A stretch of DNA of 64,000 nt, taken from Chitinophagales bacterium. Its GTDB lineage: Bacteria; Bacteroidota; Bacteroidia; Chitinophagales; Chitinophagaceae. Positions 10,066 through 19,885 of the stretch are shown here, one piece after another. Positions within the stretch are counted from its first letter, which is position 1, and each line of letters opens with the position of its first letter. Made by a program: the position numbers and the translations under genes. The DNA lies in contig JBBRFX010000002.1 in assembly GCA_038241275.1 (NCBI GenBank), forward strand, positions 6,218-70,217, given 5' to 3'. The notes under the pieces were generated by a model, which made no database searches, was not told the DNA's origin, and worked only from the letters and a program-made list of their open reading frames with translations.

Positions 10066-10749
10066 ATGAATCATTTTAATTTCTTTAAAAAATGTTTAAT
10101 CAATATGTCAAATGGCGGGTTGTGGGAGAAAGTTGAATCTTTACATCCCGCCACAATTGCTAAAGGCTGCCTGATCTTTTTTTATCTCAGCCTGGCATCC
10201 TGCGCAAAAATTCCTGTTCAGGCTGTTGATCTTTCCTATGCTTTAAAAGACGAAGGCAAGCGCATGCACGAAATGAACCTGGCATTGGTAGAGTATGTGT
10301 TTAATGAAAAGAAACAGCTTGTAAATGATTTCATCCAAAAAGAATACAGTCCGGCATTGATTGAAAATTTTAAGAATATTTTGCCGGCGGGCACAGATGT
10401 AAAAAAAGACCTGGTAGAAATTATGCAGGCCATCAATCCTAAGATTGACGAAAGACGGGATTCTTTGTTGCAGGTTTTGCGGGAGCAAAAAAATATGATT
10501 ATTCAAAAGTTAAATACCGATTACCAGGTTTATGCAGAAGCATTTTCGGCCATGCAAAACCTGCTGACATCTGCATCAAAGCTTAACAGGCAAAGGGAAG
10601 GCGTGTATGAAAATATTAAAACCCTCAGCAACAACCGTATCAACCTGCAAGGGATAGACAATGCATTAAACCAGTTTATAAAAGGAGCTGGAACGGTGGG
10701 CGAAAAAACATTGTTGCTTAGCAGCACTATTCAAACATTTTTAAAATAA
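10066..10749 (+). CDS. Hypothetical alpha-helical putative lipoprotein (start uncertain)
   Basis: Hydrophobic stretch with lipobox-like LASC; long amphipathic helices. Confidence 0.6.
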   Translation: MNHFNFFKKCLINMSNGGLWEKVESLHPATIAKGCLIFFYLSLASCAKIPVQAVDLSYALKDEGKRMHEMNLALVEYVFNEKKQLVNDFIQKEYSPALIENFKNILPAGTDVKKDLVEIMQAINPKIDERRDSLLQVLREQKNMIIQKLNTDYQVYAEAFSAMQNLLTSASKLNRQREGVYENIKTLSNNRINLQGIDNALNQFIKGAGTVGEKTLLLSSTIQTFLK

Positions 10750-10755
10750 ATATTT

Positions 10756-11025
10756 ATGGCTAACAAATATGATAAACTGGCCATTGAGGCACAGGAAATA
10801 ACAGATGCGCAGTTTAAAGATCGTTTTGCCAGTCTTACATCACTCAACGATACTGATATTGGAAAAATTATTAAGGATACCGGTATTAGTAAAACTGATC
10901 TTGCAGCACTGTTGGTAGAAATTAAAAATGCTACAGAGTACAATAACAAAACAGCACAGCGTATTGCTGATATTCAAAATGGCGTGCACGCACTGGTAGC
11001 CATTACTAAAAAATTATTGCTGTGA
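10756..11025 (+). CDS. Small hypothetical protein, last gene of the PLD operon
   Basis: 6-nt spacing from previous gene, 89 aa helical. Confidence 0.65.
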   Translation: MANKYDKLAIEAQEITDAQFKDRFASLTSLNDTDIGKIIKDTGISKTDLAALLVEIKNATEYNNKTAQRIADIQNGVHALVAITKKLLL

Positions 11026-12231
11026 TAATTGTATTCTTTTTGCTAAACTCATTAAAAAAAGAATAACAGCAATTAATAGTATTGTTTCGGTATTCATGGA
11101 AGGCAGGAAACCGTTTTTTAAAAAACTAAAATTGGCTGGAATCTTTTTTGGGTCATGGGCACTTGTGGGTAATTTAAATGCTGAGGCCACCGGATGGTTG
11201 GCTTCAAACTTTTGGTCAATTAATTGTGCAATGGTAGCCGCCAGTTGTTTCTGATATATCTGGCTATTGGTTTTTATTTCACCCAATGGTTTTATGCCAG
11301 GGCCTATCATGGCCAGCCATGTTTCGCTGGCACCTTTTTTTAATGTGCTATGCGAATACCATTTTGTTGGATGGCTGCCCCTGCCATGATCGGTGGTTAT
11401 TATGAATAGGGTATTGTTTTTATAAAAGGAATCTGTTTGAACATAATACCAAAGTTCAGCAATCATCTTGTCTACATTATTGGCCTGCTGCAAATACATA
11501 TCATATTTTTTCTGGTGCCCAAATTCATCTGTTTCTCCCAGGCCAAGCATCATAATTTTTGGATGATATTTTTGCAGATATTCTTTGGCATTCAAAAAAG
11601 TAAGCTGATCGTACCTGGTGCCTGTTTTTTCATTTACATTATCCTGCACTTTATTGATGATATCAAAGCCGGCACTTTTTTCCTGCATGTTTTCATAACC
11701 GCTGTTCACAGGTATATTGCTTCTTTCTTCATTTAGTATATATGGAAATACATCCCAGGAACTGAATACAGCCACAGCGTCTTTATAAGGTTCCCGGGTA
11801 TTTAAATATTCCAGCAGGTTGCTGTTTTTATTAGCAACAGGTTTGTTTTTCATTATCAATGGATCTGCATAGCCGGTGAGTATTTCATTATAGCCGGGAT
11901 AAGATATTTTATAAAAATTACTCACATCCACTTTATTATCATAAACCCTGTTGCCATGCAACTGTCCCTGCCTTGCAAGGGTACTCCAAAAAAATGGCAT
12001 CAGTTTTTTACGCTTCTCTTCTTTAGAAATTCCTCCATACATTTCATTGGTTAGTAATGTGTCTTTTACAAATTGGTTGTTTTGAAGGATATCATCATCA
12101 GCACCATTAAAAACCTCCTGCCATCTTAATCCATCTGTAGTAATGATAAATACATTTAGTGGTTGTGCCGTGGGTTGAGATATCCCGCTAATGGCAATGA
12201 GTTGAAAAAAAAGGTACATCAAACGTTTCAT
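11014..12231 (-). CDS. Alkaline phosphatase-superfamily (phosphoglyceromutase-like) exported protein
   Basis: ITTDGLRWQE, SYPGY, ETDEFGH, TTDHGRG metal motifs. Confidence 0.85.
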   Translation of the reverse strand: MKRLMYLFFQLIAISGISQPTAQPLNVFIITTDGLRWQEVFNGADDDILQNNQFVKDTLLTNEMYGGISKEEKRKKLMPFFWSTLARQGQLHGNRVYDNKVDVSNFYKISYPGYNEILTGYADPLIMKNKPVANKNSNLLEYLNTREPYKDAVAVFSSWDVFPYILNEERSNIPVNSGYENMQEKSAGFDIINKVQDNVNEKTGTRYDQLTFLNAKEYLQKYHPKIMMLGLGETDEFGHQKKYDMYLQQANNVDKMIAELWYYVQTDSFYKNNTLFIITTDHGRGSHPTKWYSHSTLKKGASETWLAMIGPGIKPLGEIKTNSQIYQKQLAATIAQLIDQKFEANHPVASAFKLPTSAHDPKKIPANFSFLKNGFLPSMNTETILLIAVILFLMSLAKRIQLSQQ

Positions 12232-12483
12232 GTCGAATGGTTTTGCAAAGCAACTTTTGTTATGTTGCCTTATCGTTACGCAGTAATTAAATTAGCGTTA
12301 AGGGTAATTTTTATTTATTTAAATGCTTCCCTGCCCGAATGAACAAATGGTTATAATACCTGTTATTATACCTTTCACTGTGGGTGATTTCCTTTTATTT
12401 ATACTATTATCAGATAGCTATCTTAATAAACCAACCAAAATGTTGACATTTGCCATCTAATATTCAACACAGTATTATCAATC

Positions 12484-13137
12484 ATGAAGTTTAAGACAAG
12501 CATCTCGGTACTAATGGCAGTTTACAATACTGATTTTGCATTGGTAAAAAGAGCGATTGATTCTGTGCTTAACCAGGACTTTTCTGATTTTGAACTGATA
12601 CTGATTGATGACGGCAGCGATATTGAATACAGGGACCAATTATTCATGTATGCTAAGCAACACTCCAATAAAATAATCTATCTGCGTCATAACAATTGCG
12701 GACAGTCTAAATCTATTAACCGGGGTATCTTATTAAGTAATGCTAAATTTATTGCAATCCTTGATGCAGATGATGAATACAAACCCAATCACCTGAGCGC
12801 ATGTTTACGTGAAATGGAATTTGCAGAATTGATTGCCTCTACCACTAAAACCATTGTAGATACCGAGGAAGATTATTACGTTCCTGATAAATATGATCAG
12901 CGACAACTCATTCATGTAGACGATTGTGTTTTATTTGCAACCTTATTTGGCAAAAGGGAAGTTTTTTTGAGCCAGCAGTTTAAGGATATATATGCTGCTG
13001 ATGCCCATTTTTATGAGCATGTATCCCTGAAATACAAAGTAAAAAAAGTAGACCTGAGAACTTACATTTATTATCGAAATACCCCCGGCAGCACCTGCAC
13101 TAAATTGAAGTCAAAAAATTTGAAGGCCCTTGTTTAA
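12484..13137 (+). CDS. Glycosyltransferase family 2
   Basis: ISVLMAVYN, LIDDGS, ILDADD. Confidence 0.9.
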   Translation: MKFKTSISVLMAVYNTDFALVKRAIDSVLNQDFSDFELILIDDGSDIEYRDQLFMYAKQHSNKIIYLRHNNCGQSKSINRGILLSNAKFIAILDADDEYKPNHLSACLREMEFAELIASTTKTIVDTEEDYYVPDKYDQRQLIHVDDCVLFATLFGKREVFLSQQFKDIYAADAHFYEHVSLKYKVKKVDLRTYIYYRNTPGSTCTKLKSKNLKALV

Positions 13138-13148
13138 ATTGATCTGAT

Positions 13149-13904
13149 ATGGCGCTATCCAACCTGCATACCAATGTTGTTTTTGGCTGCCATCTTTCCG
13201 GCATTTACGATGTAAACAGGAATACGGTATTGCCGGATGATGAATATATTCTTGTGAAAGATTGGGCCGATGCTATTATTGCATTGGGTATGTATGGCAT
13301 CATTTTTCATAATCATTTTTCTGCAGCTACCTGTGCCAGCTATCAAAATAAAAATATCTTTTTTGTAAGAGTAGATCATAACCCGCAGTATAACCCCAAT
13401 GTGTACCGGTATTTTATTTGCCGAAATTTTTTAAAGGAAAACTCCCTGGAAATTAAAAATCTTTTCATTACAGATATTACAGATGTTACGGTTATAAACA
13501 ATCCTTTTATACAACCTTTTTACTCCCAAAATTCTGCTGCCCTGTTTTGTGGTGATGAACCCAAATTGCTCAATAATGATTGGATGATAGATCATGCAAC
13601 TCATTTGCGTAACCGAATTGCTGATTATGCCGTTTATGAAGCAAAATTTAAAAATGCCCCTTTGCTCAATTGTGGCATTATAGGGGGAAATATATTGTTG
13701 ATGATGGAATTTTTAGAAAAACTCTGCTTCATTCATCAACAATACAACCAGGATAATCAAACGGCTTATACCGGAGATATGGGTGCTTTTAATTATTTAG
13801 TCCGCACCCAATATAATGACCGGATTGTGCATGGAGCACCAGTAAATACTGAATTCAAAGCATACCAACATGAACGAACAGACTGTTGGTTCAGGCACAA
13901 ATAA
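13149..13904 (+). CDS. Hypothetical protein, probable GT-A-fold glycosyltransferase
   Basis: TDITDV (DxxD), LNCGIIGG, DMGAFN motifs; operonic with the GT2 gene. Confidence 0.5.
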   Translation: MALSNLHTNVVFGCHLSGIYDVNRNTVLPDDEYILVKDWADAIIALGMYGIIFHNHFSAATCASYQNKNIFFVRVDHNPQYNPNVYRYFICRNFLKENSLEIKNLFITDITDVTVINNPFIQPFYSQNSAALFCGDEPKLLNNDWMIDHATHLRNRIADYAVYEAKFKNAPLLNCGIIGGNILLMMEFLEKLCFIHQQYNQDNQTAYTGDMGAFNYLVRTQYNDRIVHGAPVNTEFKAYQHERTDCWFRHK

Positions 13905-13936
13905 TATTTTTAGTGCTATTTATTTAGATGCATTTT

Positions 13937-14323
13937 TTACGGGGTAGAATGTAAACCAATACGATTTCCTTCTGTATCTATAAATACCGCCATAAAACCA
14001 TATTCAGGGGAGATGGAAGTTTTTGGCACCATAACCGTTCCTCCTGCTGCGGGTACTTTATCTAAAATATGTTGAAGGTCGGGGTTGCCATTCAGGTATA
14101 CAAGCGGCCCGTCTGTAAGGGAGGGTTTGTGAAAACCACCACTGTCTACCAATGCACCTCCTACTCCATTCTGCATATCAGTGATGGGAAACATTCGCAT
14201 TTTTATATTTTCCAATTCCATTGGTATCAGGCTATCGCCAAAAATTGCTTCATAAAAACGGGTGGCTCTTTCAAGATCTGTTACGCCTATTTCAAACCAA
14301 CTGATTGCATTGTTGTGTGCCAT
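13937..14323 (-). CDS. VOC/glyoxalase family protein
   Basis: SWFEI...FYEAIFG, DTEGNRIGLHS. Confidence 0.9.
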   Translation of the reverse strand: MAHNNAISWFEIGVTDLERATRFYEAIFGDSLIPMELENIKMRMFPITDMQNGVGGALVDSGGFHKPSLTDGPLVYLNGNPDLQHILDKVPAAGGTVMVPKTSISPEYGFMAVFIDTEGNRIGLHSTP

Positions 14324-14504
14324 ACTATTAATTTTTAAAATTTGAAATATTAAAGTTCATAAAAATAATGCAGCATAGCTATCCATTCATCCTTCTTTTT
14401 AACAGTTTAAAAAATGATACCTGTAAAACTTTCATTTCCCTGTTTTTTATCATACTTTAAACCTTCCTTTATAAAACTTTAATAGTTACCTAAAATTACA
14501 ACTG

Positions 14505-17500
14505 ATGAAAAAAGGCTTTTGTTTTTTACTTTTTCAAACTGTATTATCTACGTTGCTTTTTGCACAGATTGATGCAGGCCTGTTTCGGTTTCCGGATGTG
14601 TCTGCAACGCAGGTTGTATTTACCTATGCCAATGATATCTGGATTATGCCAAAGACGGGAGGTACTGCCACCAAACTTAGTTCCCCTGCCGGTGTAGAAA
14701 TGTTTCCTAAGTTTTCTCCCGATGGAAAAAGCATAGCCTATACTGCCAATTATGATGGCAACAGGGATGTGTATATGTTGCCTACAACAGGCGGTGTTCC
14801 TGTAAGAGTAACAGAACATAGTTTTATGGACAGGCTGGTAGATTGGACCAATGATGGAAAAAGTTTATTGTTTAGCAGTAATCGGGAAAGTGGGAAAAAC
14901 CGTTTCAACCAGTTTTATACCATTGATGCCAATGCCGGAGCTGCCAATAAATTACCACTGGCTTATGCCGACTTTGGCTCTTATTCTCCCGACGGAAAAC
15001 AGATGGCACTTACTTTTAGCTCGCAGGCGTTTAGAAACTGGAAACGCTACCGTGGTGGTTCCAATGCCGATATTCATATTTTTAATTTTGAGACCATGGC
15101 TTCTCAAAATATAACGCCCAATATTGAGGCGGCCAACGAATTTCCAATGTGGCATGGTGATTATATTTATTTTCTTACAGATCGAGGTGCAGAAAACAGG
15201 ATGAATCTTTGGCGCTATAATGTGGGCAACAAAGCGCTGGAACAACTCACAAAATTTTCAGACTATGATGTACACTTTCCAAGCCTTGGACCCGGTGATA
15301 TCGTTTTTGAACAGGGAGGTAAACTGATGCTGTATCAATTGGCAGATGGAAAAATAAATCCGCTTAGTATAAATGTGGTAAATGATAACTCCTTATTAAA
15401 ATCTAAAATAGAAACCGCAGCAGGCCTCATACAATATACAGGCATAAGCCCCGATGGCAGCCGTGTGCTAATGCAGGCAAGGGGCGATGTGTTTTCTTTA
15501 CCTGCCAAAGATGGCCCTGTTAAAAATTTAACGATGAGTTCGGGTGTGGCAGAAAGATATCCTTCCTGGTCGCCGGATGGAAAATTAATTGCTTACTGGA
15601 GCGACGAGTCAGGAGAATATGAGCTGTATACAAAACCAGCCAACGGAGGGATGGCAAAAAAAATTACAAGTTATGGTGCAGGGTTCAGGTATCATACCTA
15701 CTGGAGCCCCGATAATAAAAAGATTGCTTTTATAGATAAATCGGGCACGATAAAAATTGTAGAAATTGCTACCGGCATTACCAGTAATGTAGATAAAGGG
15801 CTAAGGTATTCGCATGGTGATTTAGCAGGATTCTTTTGTAACTGGAGCCCCGACAGCAGGTGGCTGGTTTACAGGAGAGACCTTGAGAACTGGCACCAGG
15901 CAATCTTTATTTATGATTTTAAAAATAAAAAAACACAACAGGTTACCAGTGGTTTTTACAGCACCAACACAGCAGTATTTGATGATGCGGGCAAATATTT
16001 ATTTGTAACAACATCGCAAAGTTTTCAGCCAGCCTACAGCGATTTTGATAATTCATTTATTTATTCCAACTCCGGCAGGCTTGCAGCTATTTCACTAAAA
16101 AAAGAAACCCCTTCTATACTGGCAGAAAAAAATGATACCGTTAGTTTTAAAATAGAAAAGGATACAGCAAAAGATGATAAAAAAATAACAACGGCAAAAA
16201 AACAAGGAAAGGATAAAAAAGAAACCGGCGATAAAAAAGAGGATAAAGAAACAGTGAAACCGGTAGAAATAGATTTTGAAGGGTTTGAACAAAGGTTGGT
16301 TCTATTGCCGGTACCTGCAGGAAACATAGATGCTTTGTCTTATGCAAAAGGAAAAGTATTTTATATCCGCTATCCCTATACCGGACAGTCTGAAGGGAAG
16401 CCTGCTATTAAATATTATGATATAGAAAAGCGGGAAGAAAAAACAGTATTGGAAGGCGCACAGGGATATGATTTAAGTTTTGACCGAAAAAAAATGCTGG
16501 TATCCAATGCGGGTGCCTATGCTGTGTTGGAACCAGGCGAAGGAGTGAAATTTGAAAAACCAATCCGTATATCTGATATGATGGTTGTAGTAAATCCAAA
16601 AGAAGAATGGAAGCAGTTGTTTACAGATGCATGGAGGTTGCAAAGGGATTTCTTTTACGACAGCAAAATGCATGGCGTAAACTGGAACCAGGTAAAAGAG
16701 CGCTACATGAAAATGATTGAAGGGGCAATGACAAGAGAAGATGTAGGTTATATCATTGGCGAAATGGTAGGCGAACTCAATGCTTCCCATACTTATTTTG
16801 GCGGCGGAGATAATGAAAAAGAAAAAGTGCAACCCACGGGTTACCTTGGTGTAGACTGGAAAGCCGATGGAAAATATTATGCCATCAAAAAAATATTAAG
16901 GGCTGCGGCATGGGATGCAGAAGCAAGATCTCCTTTAGACGAGTCGGGTATAACAATTAAAGAAGGCGACTATATTCTTGCAGTAAACGGCTTGCCACTT
17001 ACAACAGAACATGAGCCCTATGCCGCTTTTCATGGGCAGGCTAATAAAGCAGTAGAGCTTACCTATAACAGCAAGCCCGGCTTTGATGGCGCTAAAACAG
17101 CCATTGTAAAAACAATGGGAAATGAATACCGCCTTCGTAACCTGGCCTGGATAGAAGCTATGCGTAAAAGAGTAGCCGATGCAACCAATGGCGAAGTGGG
17201 TTATGTTTTTGTACCCAGCACCGGCACAGATGGACAAACAGAATTGCTCAGGCAGTTAAATGCACAAACAGACAAAAAAGCACTGGTAATAGATGAACGT
17301 TTTAATGATGGTGGCCAGATACCGGATCGGTTTATTGAAATGATTAACCGCACTCCCCTGGCTTATTGGGCCATCAGGGATGGCGAGTCGTGGCAATGGC
17401 CTCCCTATGCACACTTTGGCCCCAAAGTGATGTTGATGAATGGATGGAGTGGAAGTGGTGGTGATGCTTTTCCGGATTACTTTCGTAAAAAAGGATTGGG

Positions 17501-17789
17501 CCCATTGATAGGCTCCCGTACCTGGGGCGGCTTAATAGGTATTAGTGGTGTGCCCGATTTAATAGATGGCGGAAATATTACAGTTCCCACTTTTAGAATG
17601 TATAATATTGATGGTACATGGTTTAAAGAAGGCCACGGAGTAGATCCTGATATTGATGTTCCCGAAGATTTGAGTATGATGGCAAAAGGCATCGATCCTC
17701 AACTGGAAAGAGCCATCACAGAAATAAAAATGCTGTTAAAAACAAAAGGATTTAAACCACCCGTTATTCCTGGATATGAAGTGAGATAA
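14505..17789 (+). CDS. Tricorn-like S41 peptidase
   Basis: Signal peptide, PD40 beta-propeller repeats (FSPDG), PDZ, IDERFNDGG, GSGGD, GSRTWGG. Confidence 0.93.
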   Translation: MKKGFCFLLFQTVLSTLLFAQIDAGLFRFPDVSATQVVFTYANDIWIMPKTGGTATKLSSPAGVEMFPKFSPDGKSIAYTANYDGNRDVYMLPTTGGVPVRVTEHSFMDRLVDWTNDGKSLLFSSNRESGKNRFNQFYTIDANAGAANKLPLAYADFGSYSPDGKQMALTFSSQAFRNWKRYRGGSNADIHIFNFETMASQNITPNIEAANEFPMWHGDYIYFLTDRGAENRMNLWRYNVGNKALEQLTKFSDYDVHFPSLGPGDIVFEQGGKLMLYQLADGKINPLSINVVNDNSLLKSKIETAAGLIQYTGISPDGSRVLMQARGDVFSLPAKDGPVKNLTMSSGVAERYPSWSPDGKLIAYWSDESGEYELYTKPANGGMAKKITSYGAGFRYHTYWSPDNKKIAFIDKSGTIKIVEIATGITSNVDKGLRYSHGDLAGFFCNWSPDSRWLVYRRDLENWHQAIFIYDFKNKKTQQVTSGFYSTNTAVFDDAGKYLFVTTSQSFQPAYSDFDNSFIYSNSGRLAAISLKKETPSILAEKNDTVSFKIEKDTAKDDKKITTAKKQGKDKKETGDKKEDKETVKPVEIDFEGFEQRLVLLPVPAGNIDALSYAKGKVFYIRYPYTGQSEGKPAIKYYDIEKREEKTVLEGAQGYDLSFDRKKMLVSNAGAYAVLEPGEGVKFEKPIRISDMMVVVNPKEEWKQLFTDAWRLQRDFFYDSKMHGVNWNQVKERYMKMIEGAMTREDVGYIIGEMVGELNASHTYFGGGDNEKEKVQPTGYLGVDWKADGKYYAIKKILRAAAWDAEARSPLDESGITIKEGDYILAVNGLPLTTEHEPYAAFHGQANKAVELTYNSKPGFDGAKTAIVKTMGNEYRLRNLAWIEAMRKRVADATNGEVGYVFVPSTGTDGQTELLRQLNAQTDKKALVIDERFNDGGQIPDRFIEMINRTPLAYWAIRDGESWQWPPYAHFGPKVMLMNGWSGSGGDAFPDYFRKKGLGPLIGSRTWGGLIGISGVPDLIDGGNITVPTFRMYNIDGTWFKEGHGVDPDIDVPEDLSMMAKGIDPQLERAITEIKMLLKTKGFKPPVIPGYEVR

Positions 17790-17801
17790 ACTAAAATATT
17801 T

Positions 17802-17832
17802 AAACCCCATTCTGTAAAAAGAATGGGGTTTT
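17802..17832. terminator. Bidirectional terminator between convergent genes
   Basis: AAACCCCATTC...GAATGGGGTTT. Confidence 0.8.
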
Positions 17833-17868
17833 ATTTGCGGCTCATGCCTTACAATTTTTCTTTAAAAT

Positions 17869-18165
17869 TTATTTGTAAGCTGTTTCCAAAGCCTCAGCTA
17901 TTAGCTCCTCACTTATGATGTTAAGATCAATAATGGTCCAGCCTTTTTTGCCCCAGCTATTGTTCGCCGGGTAAATGGCTTTACTCATTAGCCCAAATTG
18001 ATGCTGTTGATCTGTTGTAAATTTTAAACAGGCCATTCCCCTGGTTTCATCCAGCGTAGCAAATATTTTATTATTTATCCGAAAGGAAATTTTTTCAAAA
18101 TGCGGGAGTACTGCAGTACCTGAAAAAGATAATGCCATTTGCCTGAAGGTTGCTGTTGAAATCAT
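17869..18165 (-). CDS. MmcQ/YjbR family DNA-binding protein
   Basis: PHFEKISFRINNKIFATL, WGKKGWT. Confidence 0.85.
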   Translation of the reverse strand: MISTATFRQMALSFSGTAVLPHFEKISFRINNKIFATLDETRGMACLKFTTDQQHQFGLMSKAIYPANNSWGKKGWTIIDLNIISEELIAEALETAYK

Positions 18166-18236
18166 TTTAAAAATTAATTTTGCACCGGCATCAAATATTG
18201 AGCGAAAGCTATTACTAACGTAGCATTATGTGTAGG

Positions 18237-18530
18237 TTAATTAAAAAAAAGCATCAATAATAAAGTAGCTACACAAATAAGAACGGCATAAGGATAAAGT
18301 GAAGTGAAAGCGAATTTTTCTTTCTTCCATAATACGATCGCAATAAGCGGGGCAATAAATAATATGCTTAGTACTGGCAGCCACAACATTTCATAAATAA
18401 CAGAAACAAGCGCAAAACGGTAAACATTTACAAAAGATGCAACGATGCAAAATGCTGCAGAAAATATACTAAGCAGCAGGATTATTTTACTGGTAGAAGA
18501 CTTTGAATTATTTGTTGAGATAATGGGCAT
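18237..18530 (-). CDS. Small membrane protein (3 TM)
   Basis: Hydrophobic helices; ATG at 18530 preferred over TTG at 18587. Confidence 0.55.
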   Translation of the reverse strand: MPIISTNNSKSSTSKIILLLSIFSAAFCIVASFVNVYRFALVSVIYEMLWLPVLSILFIAPLIAIVLWKKEKFAFTSLYPYAVLICVATLLLMLFFN

Positions 18531-18583
18531 ATATTTTTTAAAGGGGATTGAAAAATTAATCAGGATGAATGATACAGAACCAA

Positions 18584-19657
18584 TCAATTTTTAAAAATGC
18601 TCATTGCAGGTAAAGCCTTATTATTAAAATCCCACAATGCCTGGTTTTCCCAACTGGAAGCGTTGGTAGAAACGGGCCCCTTAAACGCTATATATTCTGC
18701 TCCCCAATAACAAAGACCAATTCCTTTTGGCGTATTTAAAACAATGGTTTTCATCCGGGTTAAAAAATCTTTTTGTCCTTGTTCTGTTGCAGGGTATTCA
18801 GGTAAAATCTGGCTGCTAAGCCCGATAATATTATTGGTATAATCATTCCAGCCCAATGTAAAGGGGTAAGCCGTTTCTGCAATTACAATGTTTTTATTAA
18901 ACTGAGTACCCAATGCTATTAAAGAAGATTGTAACTGGTCCAGGTTTTTTCCGTGCCAGAGAGGATAGTAAGAAAGGGCAATGATATCATAATCCAATGC
19001 ACTAAAGTTTGCAAAAAAATTAGTGGCATTTTCGAAACCTGCATAATGCAACAAAATTTTTGTTTGAGTTGATTGATCCCTCACTCCCCTTATTCCCTGC
19101 CGGATAAGTTCTGTCATTTGAGCCATGTTAGCGTAACTACCCTCGGGCCAAATGAGTCCGCCATTAATTTCGTTGCCTATTTGTATATAATCAGGATTTA
19201 TTTCTGCAACAATTTTTTTTGTGTAATTGTAAACACTGTCTTTTAACTGTGCAAAGCTGGCACCGGTCCATGCTGCAGGCTTTTGTTGTGCACCAGGGTC
19301 GGCCCATGTATCCGAATAATGAACTGTAATCCAAACTTTCATTCCCTTGTTTTTAATTTCCTGCGCAAAACTTTTTACCTCGTTAAAGCCTGAGAAAGCA
19401 TCGCCAGGGTTAGGGTCTTTCCATAATCGCAACCGTATAGTATTGACACCTTCATTTTTAAGCGTGGTTAACATATCTTCTGCAACGCCATTCCTGTTTT
19501 TAGTAGGTACATTCCAGGTTCTTATTTCCGGAATAAAAGAAGCGTCCACAGACTTAATGGTTAACTCTTTAACAGGTACTATTGGTACAGGAGTATCTGA
19601 ACCCGATTTTCCGCAGGCAGCAATCAGCAGTATAAAAAAGAAAAAAAGTTTATTCAT
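18584..19657 (-). CDS. GH53 arabinogalactan endo-1,4-beta-galactanase lipoprotein
   Basis: IAAC lipobox; IRLRLW, HYSDTWADPGAQ, QIGNE, IAETAYP. Confidence 0.92.
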   Translation of the reverse strand: MNKLFFFFILLIAACGKSGSDTPVPIVPVKELTIKSVDASFIPEIRTWNVPTKNRNGVAEDMLTTLKNEGVNTIRLRLWKDPNPGDAFSGFNEVKSFAQEIKNKGMKVWITVHYSDTWADPGAQQKPAAWTGASFAQLKDSVYNYTKKIVAEINPDYIQIGNEINGGLIWPEGSYANMAQMTELIRQGIRGVRDQSTQTKILLHYAGFENATNFFANFSALDYDIIALSYYPLWHGKNLDQLQSSLIALGTQFNKNIVIAETAYPFTLGWNDYTNNIIGLSSQILPEYPATEQGQKDFLTRMKTIVLNTPKGIGLCYWGAEYIAFKGPVSTNASSWENQALWDFNNKALPAMSIFKN

Positions 19658-19885
19658 GATTGAGCATGCTTATTTAGCGAAGACATATAAAATTAAGTGA
19701 TTTAAGGTGTAATTATTTTTATTGCAAAGTAGATAAGATGCATTGCTAAATCAGAGAGTGCTCCATTGATATTAGAGAGATTAAATGGGAGTTATGAAAG
19801 CATCATTAGTAGCAGGATATTTACAAAAAATATAAGCTAACAATAAATTGCGTTATTATTCTCTAAGAAATTAATTCTATACCAA

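Noticed and set aside
16140-16260. Lys/Asp-rich low-complexity stretch in the S41 protease
   Set aside because: Typical flexible linker of tricorn-like proteases; not a DNA repeat element.
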